Source: Barthelona sp. PAP020
Taxonomy: Eukaryota
Length of the DNA stretch: 51,282 bases
Assembly (NCBI GenBank): GCA_040182905.1
Contig: JARQWU010000043.1
Span: 1 to 51,282 of the forward strand
Direction of reading: 5' to 3'
The position numbers and the translations under genes are program-made. The notes below the pieces were generated by a model. That model saw only the letters and a list, made by a program, of their open reading frames with translations. It searched no databases and was not told where the DNA came from. This document shows positions 31,801 to 42,132 of this stretch, in pieces; within the stretch, counting starts at the first letter, position 1; the number at the start of each line of letters is the position of its first letter.

Positions 31801-32203
31801 TTCTGATCTTTTGATAGGAATTTATAGAGGACGTTTTGCAACAAAGTTTTCCGAATTTTTAGGAAAATTTCTTTATCATTTCATTATGGGACCTATTATT
31901 CCTTTGAGACATCATGATGATCTATTAGTTAATCAAGGTATTATTGTAGCCGATGTTCAGATCCTTATTGATGGTTTGGAAGCTGTTTCTGGTTTTAACA
32001 CGAACATTATTGAATCAAAAATTCAAGGAAAATTGAGAGAAATACAAAGAATTTTCAATTTGAATACAATAACGTTACAAAGTACATATATGAAAACTAA
32101 TAAACCAAGTTGGTTGAAGAAAAAATTGGTGGTAGATGTTTTAGTTCATCGACAAGAAACAAAGACACAATTTTATCGAGATTTAACCAGTGCTTCAACT
32201 TGA
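28832..32203 (+). CDS. Large helical protein, probable Munc13-homology (MUN / Unc13-PATROL1-like) domain
   Basis: 1123-aa ORF. YSSSPADL and LAVRLNNL resemble the recalled MHD1 motifs SSSVVD and LCV.LNN. Confidence 0.55.
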   Translation: MWPVLRQPTRRCSARDIVRTLREEKFMLILWIFHHHERRLKLPPNIQYFELDYTFIDVRTLLLQSLNDDSFIIDLTMLPRASDELILFHQSILNKVDKMVEFEHTALHQELKSYYDGRSPSIITNNQINLTSQTHTKTLEKKSAQRQVRSEMIKNIKRVSNIDPNQPRLLNESQKGKAENNSVTNNIPVTLPSKKYRISEELSSKDLKHLSYSFLLELIEFYSESVEESDNFISRLQACLSSNLHVSPSRHVIVHDALLKYRSIGSHDFSQGKKKIPLLTLNFEIDFLLFLFEECGDISLAPFTKSEDSRLKAMKIELLQQRLLFVQMIIYLIIDSRPKNILWSVGTRVFESSEKLKGFLTEIFANIKQCTEIQGIRPPKYFGQFLGQLLYSFKTPTIIPEENFEIPIIQLPDSITLQLYSLAMELQYSERGNPPIIQHVSSFFDDLSVFIYHGYQRLHTSVKSLEISKKDVYNNSWAIISPLKHLLIQLFCGLDILQNNTSISSHVFKFFMDLKNLINQPEISNELKSELLNTWVTDSLKKQLQNFQDILSNYHFSVLVEKPSLIKFYFPILFQLRNILIDLYKATGIEKLQKYYEDQTQEIIVFKCLTCSVNNLLDKYYPKEMTTKEVIIYFENMIKTITYDLINVAKVFESLQKGSLKFLCDKYFNAMNDVLHCLVMSFNKVQFQANEISIILEEIYVLGLRAEAMGELISNHLIRVEETEENVENERIDSVSTNKKEELVKENLLSSSSFNNFALNALLKQLRTIIEITSKNVFLTDVFEPEIKSKYSSSPADLGRFLIDIIAPLEKFERLSDQIKYVFCTSAMFGIFELAKHYTDIGTFMYNEMITEIFNVDIEQACDISMFGMHSDDINIKCDKIVSSKELAVRLNNLSQLADLVEMIRNKFQEITNAMTNSQFEKYSIQCDQMQSILQQNRDKLLDCLAVTCIMLSNSTKQLRNCWICSYLPTFRNSMKDCNIQEIISDVKQISDLLIGIYRGRFATKFSEFLGKFLYHFIMGPIIPLRHHDDLLVNQGIIVADVQILIDGLEAVSGFNTNIIESKIQGKLREIQRIFNLNTITLQSTYMKTNKPSWLKKKLVVDVLVHRQETKTQFYRDLTSAST

Positions 32204-32987
32204 TTTTCCCTTTCATTGTAGATAGTCAGATTTTGTTAACATTTTATTTTATTTGTTATTTGTGTGTATGTGTGTAAATCTTTTTTTTTCTTTTTTTTTC
32301 TTGGGACTAACATTTGAAGAGAATAAACATATTTCTTATGTGAATTGGGAGTATTTCAGGAAAAGGCATATTCAGTCATCGGTTTGAAATGTCAAGTTAA
32401 ACATTTTTAACACTGAGCTACATCTTTTGCATGTAAAATTGACGTTTCAAAGAAGGTTTTTTATTATGATCAAGGGTGAAACAACTAAAACAAAATTTTG
32501 CAATTCAGTTTTTCTTTCATTGATGTAAAAACAAAAATTTGTAGTTTTAACTTTTTCTAGAGAAATTTGAAGTTTCAACAAATTTATTAGATATTTATGA
32601 GGTATGAGTTGTTCAGTGAACAACGAAACGAGTTAGCTTAAGGTTTGGGGAAAACTCACGTGGATTCAGATGCCCAAGTAACTTAAAAAATTGGACCTAA
32701 AGATGGTCAAGAAACAACAAAATAAAGGAAGTGATATTTGATGACCTCTTTATATCTCCAATAAATTCCGTTCATTGAGCATGAACTTCCACATTATTAA
32801 ACTTTAAAAGCCATTAACTAATTGAAAACTTTCTTTGTTTCTTTCACTTATACGTAATGGTTCTTCGGTTGGGAACAGGAGCATACCTCAAAATTAAGTT
32901 TCAGAGAAAAGATATTTTCTTTCATTTAAAAAAGTTACAAGATTTATAGTAAACACAAAAACAAAGAAAATATTTATTTATTTATTT

Positions 32988-33902
32988 TTATTTTATTTTT
33001 TTTGTTTTTTTTGATTTCAAAACTCTTTTTTTATCAATTTTAGGTTTAGATTCGGTCTTCAAGGGTTTTACAGGTTTTTCCAAAATGTTACCAAAATGAG
33101 ATCTGAGCACTTTTTTTAAATCTTTGTAAAAAAATCTGATTGCTTCTTCAGAAACAACTTTGTCCATAGAGTGTTCAATAATTTCATTCATATGATCTTC
33201 CTCTTCTTCTTCCTCTTCCTCTTCTCTCTTTTGATTAGTTTCTTCAGACAGTTTTAAAACGGTATCAGAAAGATTTATAACTGTTGCTTTTAAATCTTTC
33301 AATTGTGTGGTGTTTTCTTTCAATTGGTTTGATAGCGTATTTCGTTCCATTGTTAACCTTTCAATTAATTCATCTTTTTCTTTTAATGATTCTTCCAATT
33401 CTGCTATTTGCTCATGCAATTCAATATTTTCGACACTATTTTCACTGTTTGCTTTTGCTGATTTATTATTTAAAATATGATAATTTTTTTGAGGGTTCTT
33501 TTCATCATCATTATCATCATCAAGAGTATCATCAAGAGTATCATTAAAATTCATGGTTTCAGTAGGAATTTTCATGCATGTATTTAAAGGATCAGGAGAG
33601 TTTTCAGAAACTTCAATATCAACGTAGTCAAAATTTTTAAAATTTGAATAAAGTTCACTTGGTTTATCAAAATTATAAGTTTTTCTTCTGGTAGATGAAG
33701 ATTCTAAAGGTCTACTTTCATTATGGGTAGAATTTTTCAATAAACCTTCTTTAGACTCAATTTCATGTTTAACTTTATCATATTCATCAGATTTTTGAGT
33801 TTTTTTGGCAATCATGAAATCTTTCACAGCATCAAATTGCATTTGAACATTTCTCAACAATTCTTGAGTTTCTGCATTGTAAGATGTTTCTCGATAATTC
33901 AT
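32988..33902 (-). CDS. Hypothetical coiled-coil acidic protein with basic C-terminus
   Basis: 304-aa ORF with a heptad region, poly-E and a Lys-rich tail. Confidence 0.78.
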   Translation of the reverse strand: MNYRETSYNAETQELLRNVQMQFDAVKDFMIAKKTQKSDEYDKVKHEIESKEGLLKNSTHNESRPLESSSTRRKTYNFDKPSELYSNFKNFDYVDIEVSENSPDPLNTCMKIPTETMNFNDTLDDTLDDDNDDEKNPQKNYHILNNKSAKANSENSVENIELHEQIAELEESLKEKDELIERLTMERNTLSNQLKENTTQLKDLKATVINLSDTVLKLSEETNQKREEEEEEEEEDHMNEIIEHSMDKVVSEEAIRFFYKDLKKVLRSHFGNILEKPVKPLKTESKPKIDKKRVLKSKKTKKIK

Positions 33903-34200
33903 TCGATTAATTGAAATTCATCAAATAAGAAAAAAAAGTATTTTTTTCCGCCAAGTGAAACATTGTTTCATTCCTTTTAAATTCAACCTCTTTGAGACAT
34001 AAAGTTGTTCTCAAGCATTTTTTCGCGGATTTTCACAGATTTTCATAGATTTTTGATTCTGAAATAAACTCTTTCTTCTCATGGAAATTTCACCAAATTA
34101 ACTGCTGAAAATCTTTGTTTTGTACAAAACAAAAAGTTCCAAATAAATAAACACTGAAATTAAAAAAAGTTAAACAATTTTACATTATTGTAAATGAAAT

Positions 34201-35007
34201 CTATTCACAATCCTTCGTCAAAACAACAACGTTAAACATTCTAAACATTCCTTTGACGACGTCAATATTGGCAACATGAGATTTTAATGAAGAAAATTGG
34301 CCAATAAACAATGAATAGAAATCATCCAAAGGAACATTGTAAATCACTCGAAATCCATGTTTACTCGCTTGTTTTTCTAATTGGGGAATGTTGATAAAAT
34401 ACCCTTCTTCAATTTTCGTAAGACGATTATTTTTTTCAGAAAATAGTTCATATTGGTCTCCATAATCTGCTAAATGGGGAGAATTTAGTTCTACACTGGT
34501 TTTAAAAGCAGAATTAATGATGATTCTTACTTTCTTTTTGTCTGTTTCACGATGAGAACCAAAAAAGGCATTTGACCAATTAATATGTAAAATTGCAACA
34601 AATCCAAATAATTTAATGACCTGCTGTAATTCTGCAAACAATTTTGAAGCACTGTTTTCATTGACAAAGAAAGAATTTAGATCTTTTAAAAAAAAGGCAC
34701 AATCATATTGAACATCATTTTCAATTGATTCTCTTAAAGATTTTTGATTATTTGCATTACTACGAGGCCAATTGACTATTTTTGCATTGATTCGAGCGCT
34801 GTGACAATTTCCTCTTGCAGTCATAAGCAAAGGTATGCTCGGTTCAAAACCAATAATAGATTCTACCGGTGATTTTTTGTAATTTGAAAAATTGTTGGCT
34901 TCAGAACAAAAGAAATGAAGTACATTTGCTCCAGAATCAACATATAAATTCAATAATACTTCATGAACCCAAGTTCGACATTTGTGTAATGTTTGTTCCA
35001 AAGACAT
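34201..35007 (-). CDS. mRNA cap guanine-N7 methyltransferase (RNMT/Abd1)-like protein with degenerate SAM motif
   Basis: Collinear resemblance to RNMT: TWVHEVLL ~ NWMKSVLI, YGDQYEL ~ FGCKYDF, YFINIPQLEKQASKHGF...LDDFY ~ FLVYFP.L...AKKY....F.EFY. Motif I reads VLHFFCSEANN. Confidence 0.7.
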   Translation of the reverse strand: MSLEQTLHKCRTWVHEVLLNLYVDSGANVLHFFCSEANNFSNYKKSPVESIIGFEPSIPLLMTARGNCHSARINAKIVNWPRSNANNQKSLRESIENDVQYDCAFFLKDLNSFFVNENSASKLFAELQQVIKLFGFVAILHINWSNAFFGSHRETDKKKVRIIINSAFKTSVELNSPHLADYGDQYELFSEKNNRLTKIEEGYFINIPQLEKQASKHGFRVIYNVPLDDFYSLFIGQFSSLKSHVANIDVVKGMFRMFNVVVLTKDCE

Positions 35008-35385
35008 ACATGCAAATTTGGTGAAAAAAAAAGAAAATGAAAAACAATTTTGAAAAGAAATTCAAAATCACTTTCATTGTTTAAATTGTTGTTTATAATG
35101 GATGCTATCAAACATTATTGTTTAATGTTTAAAATTTTAGAAGAAATAAGAAGTTGAAATATTGATTAAGACACTTCACAGTTACCAATTCCAAATAAAA
35201 ACAAAGAAATATTTGATTAAAAAAAAGATAAATAGCCTTTATAAGAATAATAAACAAAATGATCAACTGAATAAAATTTGAAAACTATTTGAAAAATAAC
35301 AAGTTTTTGACATTATTTTGTCTTGAATCATGCCACAAATAGTATAATGCTATTATTTTTATTGATATTTTTTCACTTAAACAAT

Positions 35386-38300
35386 CTATTCGATCCCATT
35401 ACAATCAGAATCCAATGACTTTAAAAGTGATAAGCTTGATGATGATGAATCATTTGAAACAATGTTATCATTGATAACAACATTTTTTGAATTGTCCATT
35501 GAGTCAGTAGTGTCAGGAACAATTTTGTCAGTATCAGGGCTAAGTGATTTATCAATATCTTCATTTTCATCTTTCAAAATATTGTGAGAACAATGGTCTG
35601 AAAGTACATTATCATCATTTTGTGTGACATCAGAACTATATTCTGAAAACGACAAAAGAGAAACAGAATCGCTGTCTGAAAGCAAATCAAACTCTGGTAT
35701 CTTTGAGTTTTTGGAACTTAACTCTAAAGCTACAAAATTTACCTTATCTTTATTAGTATTATCATGTTCATAAATTGTTGAAATGCTGGAAAAAGTGTTT
35801 TTTGTTGAATTAAATGATTTAGATGAAATGTTAGAATTAGAAAAGGTGTTATTGTTGTTAACATTGGTACTTGTATTATTATTATCAAAATTAGTTGGTA
35901 TCGTGTCTAAATATCCTAATTTTTCAAAGAATGGCAGACAAAATGAATGGAATGATGATAATTCTAAAGGTTTCGGACAATAACCATCAAAATTATTGTA
36001 CCTCTCTCTAGCTCCATTTTCAGTATCTGCTGTTACAGCAACAATATATGTTGGTTGCAATCTTGAAGAAAGATCTGTTCTAATTCTACGCATGGCAGTC
36101 ACTCCATCCATAACAGGCATTCCAATATCCATAAAAACTATGTCAAAATGAAATTTTGCACATATTTCTACAGCTTTTAACCCATTATCCACTATAGTTA
36201 TATCCACTTGACCCAACATATTTAAAATTGATTTTAAAACAGCAGCATTTAAAGCATTGTCATCAGCAATCAATAATTTGGCAAAGGCTCTGGAATTAAG
36301 AACAGAATTATCATTTGAAACAACAGAGTTATCAACAGATGCCCTGTATTTAACAGTTTGTTCCGGTGAATGTGTGAGCGTGACAGAAGTCGAAAAAGGA
36401 TTGTGTAATGTATCAAATCGGTTCTTTTCGATAATCCTCATCTGTTGACATACAACAATCAACTTTTCATAAACATAGGATAATCTCAAAGGTAATTGAA
36501 CAAAAGGCAAAGGAAATTGTTTTAAGTCATGCAATTTTTTGGCAGCAACACTTTCACCACAAGATATTATTCTGAAATTTGTGACATTATTGCTATTTTC
36601 ATCTGATATATCTTTAAAAGCACACAAAAAATCAGTTACAGTTGATTGTTCCAAATCTGCTGAAATAAACATTAAATCACATGATTGAGTGTCAAGCATT
36701 TCCAAAACTTCATCAATATCATCAGTTGTATAAGGATAAAAACCCCATCTTAACAACCAAGTGGATAATTTATGAGCAACCGAATCTTTTAATCTAACCA
36801 ACAAAATTCTACATCCCATGAATAAAGCTAAAGACTCAAACTGCGAAAAACCAACATCCTCATCCAATTCAGTATTAATTGTAGCATCAGTGGTACTAAT
36901 GTGAAAGCTGTTTTCATTAACCCAGATTTTACCTGGAAATGAATTTATCACTTCACCAATCAATGTTTTTTTCAATTGATGATTACTGACACCATGTTCC
37001 AAAACAGAAAATAAAGGTTTTTCCAAATTTTTTTCATCCAAAGCTTCAGGCAAGCTTATTGGCAAAGCTTCTAAAGGCAGATTCTTGACAGTGATGATAA
37101 AATGTAGCAGATCTTGCTTTTGTGTGGAAAAATTCAAAACACTATTGGATGGTTCTGTTAACAAATTATCCTCCAAATGAGGTGAAACAGAAGTAAAAAT
37201 TTGATCATTGTGAAAAGTGTCTGATTTGCCCATATGAGAGATTGAAGAATTTACTGATTGAGTATTTGAATGTCTATCAAAGAAATCAATATTTGCTAAT
37301 CTCACAGGAGGAATCACTTGTAATTCAACCTCAATTTTTGCATGTTTTGAGTATGTTGATGTGCAATGATCCAAAATTAAGGATAACAATATCTTTAAAG
37401 AATTAATTGATGGTAATTCAACAGGTAACCTTTCATAAAACGGATGTACAATTTCAATAAGTCCATCATAATTTTCAAACAATTTCTTAAATATTGCTAC
37501 AGAATCAATCTCAATCAAATCCGGATTTTCATTGTAACTAATGGATATTTGAGGTCCAGGAGTAAGGTCTAACATATCAGAAAAAAAAGAACTCAATTGA
37601 TTACCACACGAATATACATGTTGGATTTTTTCTCTTACACCCGAAGATATTTCATGAGATTTATCTGCTAATATTACACTTGTTAACCCAATAATGGCAT
37701 TCAAAGGTGTTTTTAATTCATGGGAAATATTAGTGAGCAATCTCCTTCTAAAACGTTGAGAAATAATCAATGCTTCAAACAATTGAGTCTTTTCTTCATT
37801 TAAATTCCGAATTTTAAAACTTTCTTCTGTTGAATTGAATGATTGTATGTTTGTCTGATGTTGTAATTTGAAATAAATGGTAAAAACTAAACCAAAAACA
37901 CTTAACATACTGAGGATAGACAAGCATCTTGACAATATTAATTCAAAATTCACTTTACGAGAAGGTACTGTAGTAGTTAATCCCATCATTCGATTGGTGC
38001 CAACTTGAAAGTAAAAACAATTGATTTCATGAATCATAAAGTTAATTTCAATATACTGGGGAAAAACAGTGGGATCTAAAGGCCAAGTAAAAGTGGTGTA
38101 AATACCAGTCAATATCGATTGAAATGCATCAACATTGGTTACATTATCTTTTGGGTAAAAATTGGACACAATATTCACCTTGTTATCTCCAATGTCAACA
38201 CGACCAAAACTAATATGTGTCAAACTATCGTACAAAAAAACATTATCAAAATAATCAAATATCATTTGGGTATCATCATATAGTTCGCATATATACCATA

Positions 38301-38904
38301 TATCGGTTGGAACATTATTGATATTGATGTTCAAAGTGTCTTTAAATAAAATGTGTCTTGAATCATTTTCAGCATAATTTGTCGGTTTAGCAATACTCTT
38401 ACTGGAAAAATTAAATATATATATCGAATTTTCAATCGTTGGTCCAAATATTTTAAGTTGATCAGGTGCAAAATTTCGAAAATAATAACTATCCTCACTT
38501 AAAGATCCATTATTGAAAAATAATTCGTTATTTGTAATGATTATCCAATGTGTTGAATCAATAGTTTGATTAATAAAAAATTCATATTCAAAATGGAAAT
38601 TTTGAATAAAATTTAGAAATTGCATTTTTTGTGAATTAATAAATCCACTTTTAGAAGAGTTAACTAAATTATCATTAATAATTTCGGGATTTAGACCCAA
38701 ATATAAAATATTGGCAAATTTTTTAAAATATAAAATTTCGGTTCTTTGCCTATCTTTTTCATACATTTGCAAAGATGACTCATATGACTTTGAACAACCA
38801 AATGTTAATATAATAAATAAAACAAAACAAATTAATGCAATAATCGTCATTGTTGAATTCAAAGATTCGTTCTGAGGTTTTTCTATGTTATGTTTTCTGC
38901 TCAT
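35386..38904 (-). CDS. Membrane hybrid histidine kinase-like sensor (2 TM, HisKA, degenerate HATPase, degenerate plus intact receiver)
   Basis: H-box NISHELKTPLNAIIG and receiver LIADDN..N, FMDIGMPVMDG, VAVTA, KP. Two hydrophobic segments flank a presumed extracellular domain. First ATG at 38904. Confidence 0.88.
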   Translation of the reverse strand: MSRKHNIEKPQNESLNSTMTIIALICFVLFIILTFGCSKSYESSLQMYEKDRQRTEILYFKKFANILYLGLNPEIINDNLVNSSKSGFINSQKMQFLNFIQNFHFEYEFFINQTIDSTHWIIITNNELFFNNGSLSEDSYYFRNFAPDQLKIFGPTIENSIYIFNFSSKSIAKPTNYAENDSRHILFKDTLNININNVPTDIWYICELYDDTQMIFDYFDNVFLYDSLTHISFGRVDIGDNKVNIVSNFYPKDNVTNVDAFQSILTGIYTTFTWPLDPTVFPQYIEINFMIHEINCFYFQVGTNRMMGLTTTVPSRKVNFELILSRCLSILSMLSVFGLVFTIYFKLQHQTNIQSFNSTEESFKIRNLNEEKTQLFEALIISQRFRRRLLTNISHELKTPLNAIIGLTSVILADKSHEISSGVREKIQHVYSCGNQLSSFFSDMLDLTPGPQISISYNENPDLIEIDSVAIFKKLFENYDGLIEIVHPFYERLPVELPSINSLKILLSLILDHCTSTYSKHAKIEVELQVIPPVRLANIDFFDRHSNTQSVNSSISHMGKSDTFHNDQIFTSVSPHLEDNLLTEPSNSVLNFSTQKQDLLHFIITVKNLPLEALPISLPEALDEKNLEKPLFSVLEHGVSNHQLKKTLIGEVINSFPGKIWVNENSFHISTTDATINTELDEDVGFSQFESLALFMGCRILLVRLKDSVAHKLSTWLLRWGFYPYTTDDIDEVLEMLDTQSCDLMFISADLEQSTVTDFLCAFKDISDENSNNVTNFRIISCGESVAAKKLHDLKQFPLPFVQLPLRLSYVYEKLIVVCQQMRIIEKNRFDTLHNPFSTSVTLTHSPEQTVKYRASVDNSVVSNDNSVLNSRAFAKLLIADDNALNAAVLKSILNMLGQVDITIVDNGLKAVEICAKFHFDIVFMDIGMPVMDGVTAMRRIRTDLSSRLQPTYIVAVTADTENGARERYNNFDGYCPKPLELSSFHSFCLPFFEKLGYLDTIPTNFDNNNTSTNVNNNNTFSNSNISSKSFNSTKNTFSSISTIYEHDNTNKDKVNFVALELSSKNSKIPEFDLLSDSDSVSLLSFSEYSSDVTQNDDNVLSDHCSHNILKDENEDIDKSLSPDTDKIVPDTTDSMDNSKNVVINDNIVSNDSSSSSLSLLKSLDSDCNGIE

Positions 38905-39088
38905 TGAAAACCCAGATGCATTTGGTTGTGATTTAAAAAAGAAAAAATTGAAATCTCTCTTCTTTACCCTCAAACATTTTTTTATGTTATTTGATTTGCT
39001 GAATGTTTATCTTTTTAACAATATAAATTTAATCCATTATTTGAAAAATAGGGCAATTTCAAATAAAAAATAAAACAATGTGAGTTTA

Positions 39089-40894
39089 TCATTTCAAAAG
39101 AATTCTTCTTTTCTTGCAAATTTTCATTGTTCTCGAAACAATAACATAAGAAACAATACATATTAAGGTGATAACGCATCCCAAAATAATGAAATTAATT
39201 TTGCAATACAAATGATCTTCATTTGGATATTCAAAGAATTTACATGGAACACAAGCTTCAATATTTTTATCCACAACCGTATTATCTGTGCAACGGGTAC
39301 ATTTTGGAGTAATTTTATTGGCAACACTGCCAACAGGACATGTGTAACATTTTCCATATAAAAAAATTTCATTCTTTTGACAACTCACACAAACCCCATC
39401 TTTTGGAATTGAATGATCTCCACATTTATTACAATTACTTTGGTCTTCATTTATGATACCAAATTCACATTTTGAACAGAGGACCATTCCTTTACGTCTG
39501 TATGTATTTTCAGGACATTTCACACATTCAATCCCATCATAAGAAATGTACCCTGCTTCACATGCCGTACACTCACTTGAACCAAGGTGAGAATAACTTA
39601 TCTCATTGCAAGGCATGCAACCTGAATTTGTTGTTGCAAATGAACCAGCAGGACATAATTGAATAATACTTCCATTGGACATTGTCCCAGGAACGCTTGG
39701 AGCACATGATACATTACCCATGGAAAACCATCCATATGGACATTTAGAACATTCTTCAACATATCCCAAACTAAAAGTCTCCGAAGAACAAAATTTGCAA
39801 TTAGCTATTCCAGCAATTCCAAATGAACCAGGAGGACAAACTTCAAAACTGTAAAGAGAGCTCAAACTTGTCTTATCTGTCATTATTATAAAATTATTAA
39901 TAATCATTACTTGTTCTGCATCCTCTGATATTTCAGTTTCAATGGACAATTCTCCATTCAATAAGGAAACAAACCATAATTTATCAGCTTCTTTTACAAA
40001 CAATTTATTTGAAGAATAGATGACTGAAATGTGATATATATCCCATTCTTTAATGAATTTTTGCTTTTCCTTCAAATTTTCCATATTTTTTTTGATAAAG
40101 AATAATCGAGAATTTTTTAAAATCAACACATAAAGGTTACTATCAATGAAATAATTCCGAATAAGGTTAATTGAATCAGAACTGTTTAAATTTTGCACAA
40201 CATCAAAAGTAAACGAAAACATTGATAAAAACCCCTCAAATGAATATTCATAACAATGCCATATATATTCTAAGGCACAAAAACAAGCATATTTTTCATT
40301 CATTACAATTCCAAAAGTGGAAATTGATGTATATGTCACATTATGCAACCGTTGCAAATCAACTTCTTTTTCTATCATGTGTAAACTCATATAAATCAAT
40401 TGTTCATCATGATGAAATCCAACAATATAATCTTCATGAGTAGCACTGTTGAAAAATAATCCATTCGAATTTAAACGGAATTTTTCAATCATTGTTTCTT
40501 TTATTTGATAATGAATACATCTGTTATCATACAGGTCTAACCAATATGTATTCACTTTTTTGATAACAATATGTTTATGACTTGATATAGAATAAATAAA
40601 ATGACTTCTACTAATCACATTTTCACATAAATGTTTTACTATTGAAGGATTGTATGAAGATTTTAAATTCTCATTAATAAGGTAAATATGTAACAAGGAA
40701 ACTTCAAATAACAAATTAACCTGTTCACAATATTGTTTTATTATATATAAATAATCTCCATATGCGAATGAATGGGTTGAATATGGATAACAATCAGTTT
40801 CAACTGGAATTTGAAAATCTTCAACATACACAAGATCAATTTCTGTGCAATAATTTATACATAAAAAAAACAACACAATTATTAATAATTTCAT
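39089..40894 (-). CDS. Type I membrane Cys-rich surface protein (CxxC / C-P-x-G repeats)
   Basis: Signal peptide, repeated C..C..G.(F/Y)S motifs, TM FIILGCVITLICIVSYVIV and a short basic tail. Confidence 0.85.
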   Translation of the reverse strand: MKLLIIVLFFLCINYCTEIDLVYVEDFQIPVETDCYPYSTHSFAYGDYLYIIKQYCEQVNLLFEVSLLHIYLINENLKSSYNPSIVKHLCENVISRSHFIYSISSHKHIVIKKVNTYWLDLYDNRCIHYQIKETMIEKFRLNSNGLFFNSATHEDYIVGFHHDEQLIYMSLHMIEKEVDLQRLHNVTYTSISTFGIVMNEKYACFCALEYIWHCYEYSFEGFLSMFSFTFDVVQNLNSSDSINLIRNYFIDSNLYVLILKNSRLFFIKKNMENLKEKQKFIKEWDIYHISVIYSSNKLFVKEADKLWFVSLLNGELSIETEISEDAEQVMIINNFIIMTDKTSLSSLYSFEVCPPGSFGIAGIANCKFCSSETFSLGYVEECSKCPYGWFSMGNVSCAPSVPGTMSNGSIIQLCPAGSFATTNSGCMPCNEISYSHLGSSECTACEAGYISYDGIECVKCPENTYRRKGMVLCSKCEFGIINEDQSNCNKCGDHSIPKDGVCVSCQKNEIFLYGKCYTCPVGSVANKITPKCTRCTDNTVVDKNIEACVPCKFFEYPNEDHLYCKINFIILGCVITLICIVSYVIVSRTMKICKKRRILLK

Positions 40895-41069
40895 TCCATA
40901 TTCCCAAACATCAACATAAAAAAAGTTTTCTCCTAATAAATTGCAATTTGCATTTTTTGGTTTTGTAAATTGTTTTTTATAACTTTTTCATTGATGATTA
41001 CCATCATTATAACAAAAAAAAAAAAGAAACTTCAAAATTTCAAATTTCCTTTTATTCCATTTAAACGAT

Positions 41070-41342
41070 ATGGATCGTACTTCCAAATTGATTGATTTGG
41101 TAATCGAAAATCATTTTCAAGCTATTCAAGATGAATTGAAAGATCAAATCGAAAAAAGACTTGAGGAAGTTGTTGAAACAAGAAAATTTAATGATTTATC
41201 CCAAGAAAAGTTGTTTGAAAATGTTGCTTTTTTGAGAAAGGAAGTTCTAAAGACAGATCTGGATTCATTTCTTAAAAAACATTCGAATGCTTGTGATTTG
41301 ATTGATGAAGCTATTATTCAAGAGCTCCCAAATATTAAATAA
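41070..41342 (+). CDS. Small hypothetical helical protein
   Basis: 90-aa ATG ORF with coding-like composition, preceded by a T-rich leader. Confidence 0.65.
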   Translation: MDRTSKLIDLVIENHFQAIQDELKDQIEKRLEEVVETRKFNDLSQEKLFENVAFLRKEVLKTDLDSFLKKHSNACDLIDEAIIQELPNIK

Positions 41343-42132
41343 TGTTACATGTTCAAGTGTTTCGATTGAAATGCTTGAAATGATATTTTTGATTTTTTTA
41401 TGAAATTCACATTTTTCTTTTCATTTCATTTTGTTGTACATCAGTTCATTTTAAAATGATTTAATGTTAATTTTTTTTGAGGAAATGATTGTGCCAAATA
41501 CTTAATCTGAACGGAAACATTTGAAACATTTGAAGTGTAATAGTTGCATTGCCATTTTTTTTTTCATTTTTTTTTCCCTCTTGTTTTTTCAATGTAAGAA
41601 ATTATCTTTGGTTCCAAAAACTGTCACTTTTTAACATTATTTGTATTTTGTCTGTTGTTTGAAATGGTAAATGTGAAATAATGGGTTTTATCTTTGTTTA
41701 TCTTTTTGAATTCAAAAGAACAAAAAGATTTACTTTTTCTTTTGAGCACCTTTTTGACACTTTTGAACAATTGAAAAATTTTCAAAATTGTTTTGGATGA
41801 AGACTAATAAAGAATATTCTTTGTATTTTTTTCTTTTTTTTTATGAATTAAATGAAATAAACGACAATTTGTCAAAACAATCATTTAAAATTTTAAATGT
41901 CAATTTTCTCAATCATTTATTTTTCAAACATCAATAAACAAATAGTGAATATTATTTTATTTGTTTTGTAGAGAAAAAGATTAAAAAAAAAAGATCACAT
42001 TTCAAATACAGATTTCAAAAAGTATTGTGCTCAATGGTACTGATAATAAATATTATCGTTTGCAAGTGAATGTTTTTTCTTTGAAAGTAAGAGATGAAAG
42101 TGGAAAATTTTTAATCAAACAACATTTTTTTC

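Noticed and set aside
32620..32660. GGGGAAAACTC and ...GCTTA resembling RNase P/MRP conserved regions; GLGKT in one frame
   Set aside because: The motifs are in the wrong order for the P4 helix, and the peptide is bounded by stops.
41070..41342. Possible Nnf1/PMF1 kinetochore-like helix
   Set aside because: The similarity is limited to a generic charged helix.
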